64,000 bases of DNA, taken from the NCBI GenBank assembly GCA_022813965.1, contig JALDZS010000122.1:1-64000 (forward strand), in the 5' to 3' direction. A program made the translations under genes and the position numbers. Positions 1 to 12,743 of this stretch are shown here, one piece after another. Every line of letters starts with the position of its first letter. The stretch's first letter is position 1. The notes under the pieces are model-generated. The model was not told the DNA's origin and searched no databases. It saw only the letters and a list, made by a program, of their open reading frames with translations. Origin of the DNA: Toensbergia leucococca (Eukaryota).

Positions 1-324
1 GCAGTCAGCGCCTTTCGCTCGCTGTTTGCTTCCCAAGGCTCAAGGGCATCACGCAAGAAACAAAACATACTTTGGACGGCTCGCGAAAAAATCTGGGACC
101 GTAGAAAGCGTGCATTGGGCTCCGAGTCTGATGTAGAGGCCAACAATGACTTGCCAGCGATTCCTTCAGCTACAATGACTGGTCTGCGTAGTTTTATAGG
201 CGGGGCCGCAAAGCGGGATGTTTTGATGTCTGAGTCGGACGAGGGATCGGACAATCTCCCGCTGGCTGTCACGAAACCAGAGACTCTGCACAGCCAGAGT
301 GTGTCTACAGGAGATGAGGTATGA
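1..324 (+). CDS. 3' end of a probable Pth11-like integral membrane protein (partial, runs off window start)
   Basis: Frame 1 is open from base 1: AVSAFRSLFASQGS...LPAIPSATMTGLRSFIGG...stop at 324. The SAFRSLF and LPxIPxATxTGxRxFI motifs resemble Pth11-like cytoplasmic tails. Confidence 0.5.
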   Translation, partial: AVSAFRSLFASQGSRASRKKQNILWTAREKIWDRRKRALGSESDVEANNDLPAIPSATMTGLRSFIGGAAKRDVLMSESDEGSDNLPLAVTKPETLHSQSVSTGDEV

Positions 325-1979
325 CAAGCTTTCTCCAGATACTGCTGTTGATCAATTACTAAAGTCAGTCTCAACAGATGAACAGCCGAGTGTCACAGAC
401 CGAGATGGTGTAATGGTAGCAAGTAGTAATCGACGGAATCAAAGTACTAATGGAGGGATCCGAGCTTCGACTCGGCATTTATAGGGGTCGAAGGCGCCAT
501 CGAAGGAAGCATGCGTGAGGAAAGAGATCCAAGAACACTGCGAACCATGGCGAGCGGCCTCCACAAACGCCGTTGACAGAGATCCACAAAGCTGATGCCG
601 AGACTCTGATCTTTTCTATTAGATTCCCACTTGAAGATTCTGGGCTCCCGGCAGCGCTGGCAACCTTATTGACTGACGCATTACGTTTATGAAACTTTGC
701 CCTGATATGATCATCTTCCTACAACGGGGCGTTGAAGACTGGTTCACGATCCGCCTACACAGCCTCGTGAGGAGCTTGGATACATCCATGGCTAGGGTGG
801 GGGCAGGGGGTATCCTTTCCCATAAAGAATCGACCCCCCTGATTCGATATTCGTACGCTGTAATTGTATACTTGCTGTGCCTGTTGGTCAAAGTTGTGTT
901 TTTTTTTGGCATCGAGGTCTAGTCAAGAATAGAAAGAGTGTATTTACTTGATTTGAAGTCAAGAGCCATTCAATGACTTGTGCTTCTCATGATATATATT
1001 ATTTTTATTTACCCCTTTGAGTCTCATGTCAAGACACGCTTTGAATCGAGGAAAATACCGTGGGCTGGATGGATGATCTGGATCCAGTCCGGAAAGGCTT
1101 TTCATTCATTCACCCATCCTCCCTTCTCACTCACCCACCCAACTCATCCTCCTCACCCAAACAAACACATCCCCCCAAAACCGCTTCAATCCCACCCCCC
1201 CCAATCTATCCCCCCTCCCCTCCCCCCACTTCCCCCATAAACGTGAACCATTCCATCCATCACCATCGTCTGGGTGGAAGAAGGGTAGAAAGTGCCCCCT
1301 TTTTTTTTTTAAATCATTAAGGGTTTGGCTAGTGTTGCGGGGATGATTGGGAGCTTTGAGGATGTGGGTGGGTGGGTGAGTGGGTGTTTGTGGAAGTGGT
1401 GGTGGGTTGGGATGAGGGTGTTTGCTAGTTTTTTTTTTTTTTTTTTTGGTGGTTGAGGCTGGGTGGGTTTATCCTACTTAAGAATAGGAGCTGTTGCTAT
1501 AAATCAGGGGCAAGCATGCGGATATTTGGCGCGCCCTTGGAAGCTCTTGCAAAAGCTGCGTTTTCATTCATTGTCACCAATTAGGTATTTAATGGGAAAT
1601 TTCTATAGCTTTTGATTAGATTGGAACGTCATTGGGTGATGGGTTTTTCATTTAGGTAGGCTTTGTAAATAGGATAGGTAGGTAGGCTGAACTCGATTAC
1701 TTGGGATGATGTGGTGCTGCTTTTTCTGATGATGTGGGTTTGATCTATGGATCTTGACAGTGTGAAAGTTTGGATGTTGACAAAGTCATATTTGGTTGTG
1801 TGAGACTAGTCTGACGCTGAAAATCTGACACTGGGGATTCGCTGCTGCCACAACAGCCTAGGGTGTGTCTTGTGATAGACATCTCATGGTTCTCAAATAT
1901 ATACTCTGCTCTTGATTGGCCACAACACCGCTTCTATCGGCCTTCGATCATCATCTTGATTAGTCAGGGCCAGCTACAT

Positions 1980-2531
1980 TCAGATAACCTTTTGCCTTTT
2001 CGTAGTCGTAGCATCAGCATCATCCTCCTTACACTCTAATCGTTTCCTTCGAGAGGAGCGACGGGTCGTCGGGAGCGCATACAGTATCATCAGCTGCTTT
2101 GTAGCACTCTGGGATTCGGAAACCTGCTTTTTGGAATGCGGAGGGGCGGGCGAGGAACCAAACAATTTCCTTTGGAAGAGGTATCTGGCCAGATCTGGAT
2201 TTGAGAGTTTCAGTTCTAGAGCCTTTTGATCTGGTCCTGATTCTGCAGTATTTGGCAGGAGTTCTGCGTTTGTACCTCCTTTCTTTTCCTTTTTTATCTC
2301 AAGCCTTGAGGTACGTTCCATGTCGGCAACCTGATCAGCAGTTTGATCAGCTTGGAGTAGATCCGATGTGGACGTCCGATCTTGATTTTGCCTGGCCAGG
2401 TCGATGTCAGATGGTTCAAGTCTTTGGTGGGTATAGAATCTCTGTTCCCGAATAGCGTCCATTACGAGAGGGATCTTCTGGAGCTCGACCATGGGACTAT
2501 GGATGTAGTTCTGAGGTGCAATATTCGTCAT
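1980..2531 (-). CDS. Hypothetical protein with basic, NLS-like C-terminus
   Basis: 183-aa ORF ending RRSSRRKRLE...TTTKRQKVI. The frame stays open upstream to about 2720. No recognisable domain. Confidence 0.3.
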   Translation of the reverse strand: MTNIAPQNYIHSPMVELQKIPLVMDAIREQRFYTHQRLEPSDIDLARQNQDRTSTSDLLQADQTADQVADMERTSRLEIKKEKKGGTNAELLPNTAESGPDQKALELKLSNPDLARYLFQRKLFGSSPAPPHSKKQVSESQSATKQLMILYALPTTRRSSRRKRLECKEDDADATTTKRQKVI

Positions 2532-4343
2532 GTTGGAGTATTCTTTGATTTCCTCTTGAACATCGTCGAAACCACGGCCAATGAGAGAGGGTTCTCTCCT
2601 TACTGATAGGTTAACAGGTTGGCAGCCGGCCGAGCTCTCCAGGCGTTGACTGTCAGGGCAGCCTAAGATTAATGACGTCGAAGCACTTGGCAGAAGATTT
2701 CCCCTAGGTTGTATCTCGTTTTATGTGGGCATAGTGGGAAAGTACAGCGATTCTTGGACGAAAGATCATTCGACGGGATGATGAGGAGTGAGTAATATGA
2801 TAAATTTAAGGCTGCTACTGGTTGTGGAAGGTAGAGAGCGATCGAGATCCGAGAGAGAAGGTAAGTTGATGAAAGAGAGCGGAGCAACGAAGTGAAGGAG
2901 CAGACAACGAGACTGTAGAAATTGTAGAATCCCATCAAGTGGTGAATATGGATGGCCCTTTTGCACACATTCAATAATATAACCCCGCATTCCTTGACTT
3001 TTGCTTCTTACAGTACTCCAAGTTACAACGAAAGAAATCAGAATGAAAATATTGCCCTTAGCAAATCAAAAGTCAGAGAGGTCTGAGCTTATTGTTCGAG
3101 GCCAAATTGCATCGGTTGCGTGACGCACCTTCCATCTCAGATGGTCTTAATGACAACGCCTTGATACAGAGAGATTGGATCAGGTGCAGAAATGTCTAAT
3201 TTCCACAGAATCGATGCCATCGCGTATTCTTTCATCTCAACTTACCTCTAGACATCTAACGAGCTGATTACCCATGCAGTGATCTGATCCCAGTCGTTCA
3301 TAATGACGAAGAAATGCAAAGGTAGGAGCAGCACGAAAAAACGGAAATTTGGTAGATTTATCCATGCACACAATTGAGATAAGCAAGTCCAAGGAGGCAC
3401 ATGAAAGTAAGACCTTGCGGCCGTAGTTTGTTCTCGATGGCCATTTGATAGTCGGAGCAGGTGGAAATATCCACATTCCAAGCCTTAACAACGTAGGTAG
3501 CCGTTGATACCGTGCGAATGAGCAGTTCTAGACGCCTTGGCACGATTCGTGTGGTTCCTGCGCGGGCTGTTGCAGAAAGCAATATAAGAGGTTCTTTGCT
3601 GCATGTTTTCTTGCGCTGCACGACATCTTTGAACCCGGGTATGGGCCGTTAGTGTGCCAGTGGTGATAATGGCATCTCTCATACACGGCAATCTCAACTT
3701 TCAAGTTGTGCTCGGTACAAAGACGAACACACCGCGCGGTAAATTGGCACTGACAAGACCGTTGATTAGGGGCCGTGCAAGGTCTTGAAGCCAAGGCAGT
3801 GAGTGACATGTGTGCTCGACATTCATGTATCAGAGTAAGATGCAACCGAGATTCGATGGATAGGTGCAGGAGAGGTCATCGGCGGTAGGAAACAGATTTG
3901 GAGGGCCAGGGCAATGACGTCGGGTGTCACAATCAGATATCCGATATCAGATAGGATGGGAGGGATAGGACATTCGAGGATTGCTGATACAGACTACAGG
4001 AGCAGATACTAAGCAAGATACTAGTCATGTAGGGCCCTGCACCCTGCACCGTGATCTCCAGTCTCCAGTCTCCACTTTCCTCCCGATCTTCCGCCTGCCA
4101 CTTCGACCAACTCTTCGACTCCCACTACTTCGCTTCGCTTCCCTGGTGGCTTCCTAGCTCTATCCTAATTTCTACCAGTTCCTTGGGGGTACATGTACAT
4201 ACCGCCCTACGCCGTCTTCTTATCACGAACCTCCCAAATTCCGAGCATGACTACTCTACCAACACCTACCAATAGATCCCATACCAGGCCGCTTCTGAAG
4301 GAGTCGCTGCCTGCCCAATTGTCTGTTGCTCGATAAGCACTAC

Positions 4344-6910
4344 ATGGAGACAATCACCATTCCCTCTCCGTCAGCTTTTCTAAGATCACCCGTACTCCAA
4401 CCTACGCCTGTTCCTAAATCGTCCGGTCCCAAGAACGCGACCAAGCGCCAATCGAGGACTCATCAATCGTCTACGAGCAAGACAGATGGAACTACGAAGC
4501 CCAAGCAATCCAAAAGCCGCAATGGTATGTCACAAAGTCAAATTGCCTTCTTATCAAGAATTGACTGACCGCTTTAGGCTGCGTGACCTGCAAAGCAAAG
4601 CGATTGAAGTGCGACGAGACCCATCCATCATGTCACCAATGTCACAAGAGGAACGTCAATTGTGGCGGTTACAAGAAGGATTTTAAATGGCGCGCCTTTG
4701 AAGAAACCACGTTCACCACCAAGCCAGTACCTTCGCCGAGAATCAGAAAGGGTAGCTTGCTGTTCTCAACTCCTCAGACTTAGCAGTTGCTGAAGTGACT
4801 TAGTTTCGGCGTCTACGAAGGGTGCAAAGCTATATCCTGGAAGCCCCACGCCTTCAGATGCATCAGGCTCTACTGTCGACAATGGCATCCCCTTCTCTCA
4901 ACCCAATTACCCAGTCCTCCTTCAACCCACGATACCCATAGACCCTCAACTTCCGCGGCAGTCTTTCTCGGGTGCTATCAATACTTTCCCCTCGAATCCC
5001 ACGCGAGAAATCTACGAGACTAAGGAGTATGGAAATCCAACACAATCCTTCATGGACAGCCTCCAGCCCAACTCCACCCCTAGCACTGTCAATTCAATAT
5101 TTGACGATGGAGCTCATCTCCAATCCTCCATCACTACAGCATCGAGCTTTTCTTCTGGACAATCCCCAAGGCTCATTGACCTCTTACTACCTGGTACCGA
5201 TCTCAATGCTCCACCACCAGACTATATGGATTACCAGCCACAACAATCAATTGTCCCGTATCAGCCTGGTGGTTTTCCAGCCTTGCAAGACTTTGGGGTC
5301 CAAGATAATGATGTTGAAGAAATCGTCCGACAACAGGATCAGGCCGAAGCATGGGTTATGCGATTGCCTTCACCTTCTCCATCGAACTCCTCATCTTCGT
5401 CTGAAGGGTCCCGATTTGAGTCTTTCAGCTCAATCTATCGACAGCCAGTAGTACTCCCAGCTAGTCCAGAGATGCTCATGTTGCGCTTCGACCGACAAAC
5501 ATGCGGGATTCTCTCCGTCAAGGATGGCCCAACCGAGAACCCATGGAGAACGATGATATGGCCTCTGGCGCGAGACTCGCCTGCCCTTTATCATGCTATC
5601 AGCTCCATGACTGCATTTCACACCTCAAAGACAGATCCTGGGATGAGAGTTGAAGGTATGGAGCACATGAGGCAAAGTATCCGGTATCTTGTAAACGGTA
5701 TTGCAAATATGCGGGTTGATACTGCTTTGGCGACCACTCTCGTCTTGGCCTTTTCCGAATCATGGGATCAGCATATCTCGACTGGTATTGAGCACCTACG
5801 CGGGGCGAAGATCTTGGTCAAACAAGCCTTGTCGAAGCATCGGCAAAACGCAGTCAGCGGCGAAGACTTCGACCGGTTGAAATTCCTGTGCAATACCTGG
5901 GTATACATGGACGTTATTGCTCGGTTGACATCGGTAGACCACGACGAATCAAATGATTTTGATGTCGTTTTTAACTCGCCGCTGGGGTCTTTTTCTCTCA
6001 ACCACGAAGTGGATCCTCTCATGGGCTGTGCCAGTACCTTGTTTCCTCTTGTAGGACGCGTTGCAAATTTGGTTCGAAAGGTTGCAAGACTTGACACCAA
6101 CTCCATGAACATCATCTCACAAGCCAATGATTTGAAAGCTGCGATTGAGTCTTGGGAACCTCCTGCCTTCTTCGATGCGCCCGAAGACCCTACATCCGAT
6201 ATTCAGCACAGCCTCCAAACTGCAGAAGCGTATCGATGGGCTACACTTTTATACCTACATCAGGCCGTTCCAGAAATACCATCTCGCACAGCGGCAGAGC
6301 TGGGCAAGAAGGTACTTATATACCTCGCCACTGTCCCACTTAGTTCGAGGGCCATTATCGTACAAATATACCCACTGTTGGCCGCTGGCTGCGAAGCTAT
6401 CGATCATGAGGACCGCACATGGGTGAAGGACAGATGGGCAACAATGGCGCAACGAATGCTCATTGGCAATATTGATCGCTGTTGGGAGGTTGTAAAGGAA
6501 GTGTGGGATCGGCGTGATTCTGATGAGGCGGATAAGCGTAAACAAAAACTCCGCCGCGCCAATTCTCTAATGTCATCTGGCTTCACTTCGCCTTATGAAA
6601 GAATGAAGGGAATGAAACGAGAGTTCAGCGCCAATGACCTAGATACAGTTCCATTCTTTGATTGGCCTGAGGATCCTGTAGGTAGCAAGCGAAGAGCGAT
6701 TCAGGCCAATTTGGGTATGGCATTGCCAGCGAAAGTTGAACGATCGAGGAAACAATCGGCCGATATGTTGGAGGAGATGGAATTTGATAGGACGGTGCGT
6801 GGTCGGTTGCATTGGGTCGGTGTGATGAAGGACTGGAACTGGGAAGGTGAGCAGTCGTGTCTCTATACAGGTGTTCCTCCAGCTGACGTAGAACAGTATT
6901 GCTTGGCTGA
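4344..6910 (+). CDS. Zn(II)2Cys6 transcription factor with Fungal_trans_2-type C-terminal domain
   Basis: Exons 4344-4524, 4578-4751, 4804-6846, 6897-6910. Spliced cluster SRNG-CVTCKAKRLKCDETHPSCHQCHKRNVNCGGY. C-terminal motifs ENPWRTMIWPLA, DPLMGC, AEAYRWATLLYL; ends WNWEVLLG*. Confidence 0.93.
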
Positions 6911-8039
6911 CTTGTTACTGTTGCTATTTTTTCGGAACGGCTTTAATTTTTCGATTCGTTTGCCATATGTTGTTGCTGATTCTTTATATACCTTCTCTCG
7001 AGCCCAGCTCTTGCAAGCGATTTCACGTCTTCTTTTCCTTTGGGCCTCGGAGTACTTTTGAGCGAGGCGCATGATGGCTGGGAAGGATAGCCTGGGATGT
7101 TTCGGGTCATGGACTTTATCTAGATTTGAAGTCTCACAGACTACGGCGCAGTCATACTTTGAAGAATCTAAGCTTTTTGTGGTTACTTCATGTCACAGAC
7201 CTCGTCCCTTGCATTGAGAAGGTAAGCTAATAGTGCCACAGTCATAAGATATGAGTCGTTGAGGGACGTTTGCTCTTGAAAGAGAAAGCTAATCGTTAGG
7301 GCTAGGGCTTTGGTATTACTCAGGCCATGTTACATAATTTGGCTCGTCAGCATCATCGTCCGCGAGTATAATATAGCCTAGAAGCTACAACGTTCCCTTG
7401 GTCCAAGCAGATGGCGAAAGTAGTTCTGTTTGTGGAATAGAGGGGGAGAAGGTGAGAGGGGAAGAGGGGCAGATGGGGCACGAGAGCCCTAAACGTTAAC
7501 CTAGCGAACGTTGTCGATAAGCCTTACCCAAACAAGGCATGTTTTCCCTTTTCCCACGACGACGACCTGCTTCTCAACCACTTCGACTTTACTCACGATA
7601 TGCCTCCAGAGCCTCACCTTTGTAGCAATGCCTCACTCCAATCGCTTCTCTGCAACGCTACTCTCCATGCAGACATTGAATCCTCCGCCATGACCTCTTC
7701 GCCCAAGAGGGGCTCGCAGAACCTGATTGGGCGATAATGGATAGCTTCAGCTATCTACATGCCCATGTATCCGTACATTGTTTTAACTCTTGCTTTCCCA
7801 TCACGAACTTTTCATCAAACCCCATCTAGCCAAAAATCCTCACTATCCCCCAAAAACACGATCCGGTCCCCACATAAAGTAGTTATATAAGTAACGTACG
7901 AGCGCACCATCTTCCCACTCTGGCATATATTTACTCCTCCACGATAAACCCCGCCCATCTCTAACAAATGGGATCTCTCCTCAGCAGCCTCAATCCCACA
8001 ACCGCATCCACCACCGAAAAAAATCCCCCCCGCGCCAAA

Positions 8040-8514
8040 ATGACCTCCCCTCCAGCTTTCAAACACTACCCCAACGCCCAATCCACCTTCCAAATCCCCC
8101 TAATCTCAAGCGACAACGCCTTCCTCGGCGACGTCTTCTCCAGGTATCCCAACCCTCCCCCCCCCTCTTCTCCCCAAACCACCCCAACCCCACCCCAACC
8201 CAAACCAAATCAAAGCACCCAACTAACTCGGGCCAAAAAAAAAAATCAAAAGCCAAACTCTCGCACCCCAAACCCCCATCTCCTGCGGCTTCTACCGCCT
8301 CAACCCGGGCGAACCCCTCGTCTACACCTACACCTACCATGAGATGAAAATCATCGTGGAGGGCGACTTTGAGATTGAGGACGAGACGGGCCAGAAGGTC
8401 AAGGCGGGGAAGGGGGACGTGTTTTATTTCCCTGAGGGGGCGAAGATTACGTTTCGGACAGTCGGGGGGGGGTACGCTTTTTATTGTGGGCAGAGGAAGG
8501 AGGGGGGTGCTTAG
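8040..8514 (+). CDS. EutQ-like cupin (ethanolamine utilisation protein EutQ family)
   Basis: Exons 8040-8143 and 8253-8514 (GTATCC...CTAAC...AG). Spliced: MTSPPAFKHY...NAFLGDVFSSQTLAPQTPISCGFYRLNPGEPLVYTYTYHEMKIIVEGDFEIEDETGQKVKAGKGDVFYFPEGAKITF...EGGA*. Not correctly represented in the ORF track. Confidence 0.85.
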
Positions 8515-9116
8515 CGTTTTTTTCTGTTGGGGGGGGTGGGTGGGAAGGGGGGGGAGGTTGGTGTGAAGAGATGTGCAAGTTTTGTTTGTTTTTTTGGATA
8601 TTAAGATTCCTGAGCAGGTTGTGCAAGACGATTTTTTTTTATCTCATTTGTTTTACAAGGTCATTACGAATAGTGGAAAAGATTGTTTGCCTCCAACAGA
8701 TGAAACTCCCCTTTTTTTTTATATTTCTCGACTCCCTTTTTTTCTTTTTTTTGGGCCATTCTCTTGTCTTCCAAGTCATCCCTTGCTACGAGTCTTGACT
8801 TCATCAAACTAGAAAAACCCCATAACAAAAAAAACACAGAAAGCTTGAGATTCCTACAAGAAAAAACCTAACATTCTCATCACCATCTCCGTCTTCCCCG
8901 GAACAAAAAAAGGGGGGGGGGAAAACATAAAGATTTTTCAAATTCGAGAGTATAAAACTATAAGAACCACGACAAGACCTATCTATCTCTAATTCATATC
9001 TCAATAATAAACGCATAGGTACCCCACACGCACCTCCCACAAAACCCTCCGTTTCACAACAAAAAAAACAAACAACCAAAAGCCCCCCCCCCCTCAGCAA
9101 AAAGAAAGAACACATC

Positions 9117-10625
9117 TCAATAAACACTCCAAACCCCCCACCCCACAGCAATCGTCCTCGCGGCCCCAAAACAAACAAACGCACCCGCATAAGCCGCCCC
9201 TGCAAAAACGATCAAGCCCCCATAAGCACCTCCCCCAGCCTCGAGGATCTGCCCCGCAATCGGCACCCCCGTCAGCGTGCCGAAACTAACCACCATCCAA
9301 GCCGTCGCGTAAAAGCGGCCATAATTCTCCGTCTCGCACAGTTGGCCCACGCACACGGGCGCCAGGCTCAGATTGCTGCCGCTCGCGCAGCCGAAGAGGA
9401 GCGCGTACGCGATGAGCAACGGCTGGGAATCGCGCGCTGGCAGCCACAGGGCTAGGGTTGTCAGGATGCAGAGGGCGACGCAGAGGATGAGGGTGTTGAA
9501 GCGGCCGAGGCGGTCGGCGATCCAGCCGGCGGAAAGGCGCCCGACGAAGCTGCCCGCGTTGAGCAGGGCCAGGATTTGGAAACTCCAGCCCAGGGAGCTT
9601 CCGTGGGCGAGGGCGTAGGAGCTGATGTAGGCGAGGGGGACGAAGAGGCCCCATTCGAGGAGGAAGATGCCTGCGGTGGCGAGGGCGAAGGGCGCGGATT
9701 TGAAGGGCGCGAGGGTGGGGAGGATGCTTGGGGGTGGGGTTTTGAGCGGGAGCCGGCTGCGGGTTAGGAGGTTGGCGAAGATGAGGAGGAAGAGGAGGAT
9801 GGAGGCTAGGATTCGTGTTGCCCAGGCGAAGCCGACGCGGGGGATCAGTCGTTGCAGCATTAGCGGGAAGATGATGCCGCCGAGGGAGCCCGAGGTCATG
9901 ACTAGGCCGGTGGCGTGGCCGCGCTTGAGGAGGAAAAAGTGCGCTATGGATGCTAGGGCCGGGGTGTTGATTAGAGCGCCGCCGAGGCCGTTGAGGAGGC
10001 TGTACACGATGAAGAAGTGCCAGTATTCTGCGAGTTTGTTAGCAGCAACGCCGAACAATAAAGTAGTCCCTCGAGCAATCAAAAGTAACCACTTACTGGT
10101 ACACAAGCCCAATAACATCATCGATGCAACAAGGAGTATACTCCCGCAAAAGGTCAAAAGCCTCGGTCCATGGGCATCAAAGATGGGGCCGACGGGTAGG
10201 CCGCAGAAAAAAGTCAGGAAGAGCGAGAGGCTGAAGATCCAGCCGACCTGGCTAGGGCTGTAGTCACTGAGCTGGTTTTTGCTGAAGTATTCCTGGAAGA
10301 CGGCGGTCGAGTTGATGATTCCGAAGACGGCGAACAGGCCGCAAAAGGAACCAGCGACGACTGACCATGCTCTCAGGCCGCCTTCAGGGAAGTCTGGTTT
10401 CTCATCATCGGCGGTGGTGCGAGCCTCTTCTTCGGAAGAAGAAGAAGAGTAGTTGCTCTCTTGGAGAGAATCCTCTGATTTTTTGTTCAATGGGGTTGGG
10501 GGTCCAGTTGGACCATTTTGGGGGTTCAAGGCGGGGGTTTCGACATTTTGATTTGGGGCGACGAGGGTGCCGTTGAGATGGTAGATTAAGCTGGTGTCCT
10601 CAGCATTGTGTTCGACTCTATTCAT
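9117..10625 (-). CDS. MFS monocarboxylate transporter family (Mch-type)
   Basis: FPEGGLRAWSVVAG, GPIFDAHGPR and ADRLGRFN motifs, about 12 TM. One in-frame 69-nt intron at 10028-10096 (GTAAGT...CTAAC...CAG) is read through by the ORF track. Confidence 0.93.
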   Translation of the reverse strand: MNRVEHNAEDTSLIYHLNGTLVAPNQNVETPALNPQNGPTGPPTPLNKKSEDSLQESNYSSSSSEEEARTTADDEKPDFPEGGLRAWSVVAGSFCGLFAVFGIINSTAVFQEYFSKNQLSDYSPSQVGWIFSLSLFLTFFCGLPVGPIFDAHGPRLLTFCGSILLVASMMLLGLCTSKWLLLIARGTTLLFGVAANKLAEYWHFFIVYSLLNGLGGALINTPALASIAHFFLLKRGHATGLVMTSGSLGGIIFPLMLQRLIPRVGFAWATRILASILLFLLIFANLLTRSRLPLKTPPPSILPTLAPFKSAPFALATAGIFLLEWGLFVPLAYISSYALAHGSSLGWSFQILALLNAGSFVGRLSAGWIADRLGRFNTLILCVALCILTTLALWLPARDSQPLLIAYALLFGCASGSNLSLAPVCVGQLCETENYGRFYATAWMVVSFGTLTGVPIAGQILEAGGGAYGGLIVFAGAAYAGAFVCFGAARTIAVGWGVWSVY

Positions 10626-10894
10626 TCACTAATGAAACTCTCCGAAAAAAAAGATTGTATTTGCAATGTTGAATTCGAGAGGGTTCAATGGGATTAATAT
10701 AAGTATCAGGAAGGAGGGGAGAAATTTTCATGGCGTGGGGTGGATTGCATTCAGGCGAGGTCCGATGTTAGGGTTCTCGCCTAATTGGCCCAAAACAAGC
10801 AATTGTACACGATTTTGAAGGCAGATGACAATAGCGTTGCGCGGCCAGAATGAGAATGAGAATGACTGATGCCGTCCGGTCCGGTTCATCTCCA

Positions 10895-10978
10895 CATCAG
10901 CATCAGCATCAGCATCAGCATCAGCATCAGCATCAGCATCAGCATCAGCATCAGCATTGGCATTGGCATTGGCAATGG
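10895..10978. repeat. Hexanucleotide microsatellite (CATCAG)x10 followed by (CATTGG)x3 CAATGG
   Basis: Read directly; lies upstream of the MFS start. Confidence 0.95.
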
Positions 10979-11354
10979 CAGTGACGTGCTTGGCATTTGC
11001 TATGCATTGCAGGCTTCCTGAAAATCAGAGTAGGCATGCGACGGAAAGACTACTTTTAGTGCTGTGTGTAGTAGCGTTTATTATGCGTGTCAGCATCATC
11101 GGAAATATTCTCGTGCCATCTGCCTTATGCAATGAACGACGTTGTAGCTTTGCTACTATCATTTACTAGCTTCATGTCAGAAAAGAAAAAGAAGACAAGA
11201 CTCTGAATGAACAATGAAGGAATGACCAGAGTGCCAGGAAGCCACTTTCGTTCAATTGAATCGTTTGCGCTATCATTATGAAATCCGAAGACGCCAAGGC
11301 CGGACAGAAGGTTGACATGAAAGCCAATCGCTTGATATGAGTCTTTGTGAAGAT

Positions 11355-12743
11355 TCATGTCGCCTTACATGATGAAGTTAGGCTTCTATGCTGGGCCGCT
11401 TGCCACTCACAAGAGAGCTGTGACTCTGGGTCGTGGGCAAAGAGGGTCATATTGAGGTGCGGCGGCAGAGCATTGAGTCCGCTGGCCACAACCACAGCCG
11501 TCCGCTTTCGTTTTCGGCCGAACATGCTTGCAGGACTCCCAAAAAAAGCCCGGCCGCCGAGTGGAGATGATAGAGGATTCTCCATGCAAGCATTCATGAG
11601 AGCTTCCAATGCAATTTGAAGGTTCCCCCAAGTGAGTGTTGTTGCTACTGTTGCTGATATACCGAGATAGCACGTGTCTAGTGAATGAATTAGTTCGTCG
11701 TATAGTGATGTCTACCTAGCAACACTGCCGATTTAGAGGCCTTACTTGATGAAAAGAACTTGGCGGCACCAGGACCAAAATATACGGTATCAGTTGTGGG
11801 CCCCAATCCCTGCCACTCAATATGGGTGCAGTCGGCAAGCGCAGGGCTTCCAAGGTCTGAATCACATTCATATGTCATCTCGACGTCGGACAGTCCGCCA
11901 AGTTGCCACCAAGTTGTTGAGAGACCGCGTCTCATTAACATGGCCTCATCATAATACCTTGCTGCGGTAGACAGAAAGAATTCTTTTATCCTAGCGTCTG
12001 TCGGATTTGCCTGCCTGGCGAGCTCCCTATACTTGGCCTCGATGAAATACGCAACCTCAGGGTCGGTGTTCCCAGGCTCACGTAGAATGTGCTGAGAGCC
12101 AGCAACGCTCACGGTTATGAAGCCAAGTATGTATGCTTTGTATGATGAATCAGTTCAGGAACAAAACGCAATGAGATCTCTTACAGCCAGGGCTAGACGC
12201 TGTTTCCAGGCCAAATTCCACATTCGCATAGTGCTGCATAAAGTCTACCAACCACTGGATGTGGCCAGTGACAAAGCCCCCCATACCGGCTTCTTGAGAA
12301 GGGCATTTGTTGATGATGAAGCCTGCCATACCACGAATCTCCTCCGGTACGAGCTCAACGAAGCTGGGAGTGGCATATTCGGGGCCTGCGTACTCTACTG
12401 AGATAGCACATGAACCTGCGCAGAAATTAAATAAGATAGTATAAGACACGTAGGTTCTCATTGTAAATGAACCTTTTGTCACGGTGAATGGTAAATTATT
12501 GGGCATATCGGGTCTGTTCAGATAATAATAGATAGCATCCGTTCCGTGTAGGAGTGCCTCTCCTGCGGCTTCGCAGTCTGAAGGTACAATCGACATTCCA
12601 TAATCAGGATGGCAAATAGCAAAATCTGGCTGATTGGGAACAATCTGAGGCAAAGACCTTAGGCTAAGCATAGTATGAGCTAGATCTTTGCATGGCCAAC
12701 AGTATTGACCTTGAAGGGTAGAGTTCTCTGCAGCTGTTGACAT
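11355..12743 (-). CDS. Multi-exon Cys-rich hypothetical protein with two internal repeat-like modules; 5' end uncertain
   Basis: ORFs 12150-12743, 11690-12112 and 11355-11609 can be joined by GT-AG introns. Modules: ICHPDYG..SDCEAA..SCAISVE..IINKC..MGGFVT and YECDSDLGSP..ADC..TCYLGIS..LMNAC..LGGRAF. Confidence 0.6.

Noticed and set aside
980..1320. Pro/His-rich ORFs
   Set aside because: By-product of the C-rich low-complexity tract.
6847..7061. Hydrophobic C-terminal extension of the 669-aa TF ORF
   Set aside because: Read-through of intron 6847-6896; the spliced protein ends VLLG* at 6910.
7295..7505. Telomere-like TTAGGG/CCCTAA words
   Set aside because: Only one or two degenerate units; not an interstitial telomere array.
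11620..11635. Suspected frameshift in the Cys-rich gene at a C run
   Set aside because: Counting five C's keeps the frame (TWGNLQIALEAL).
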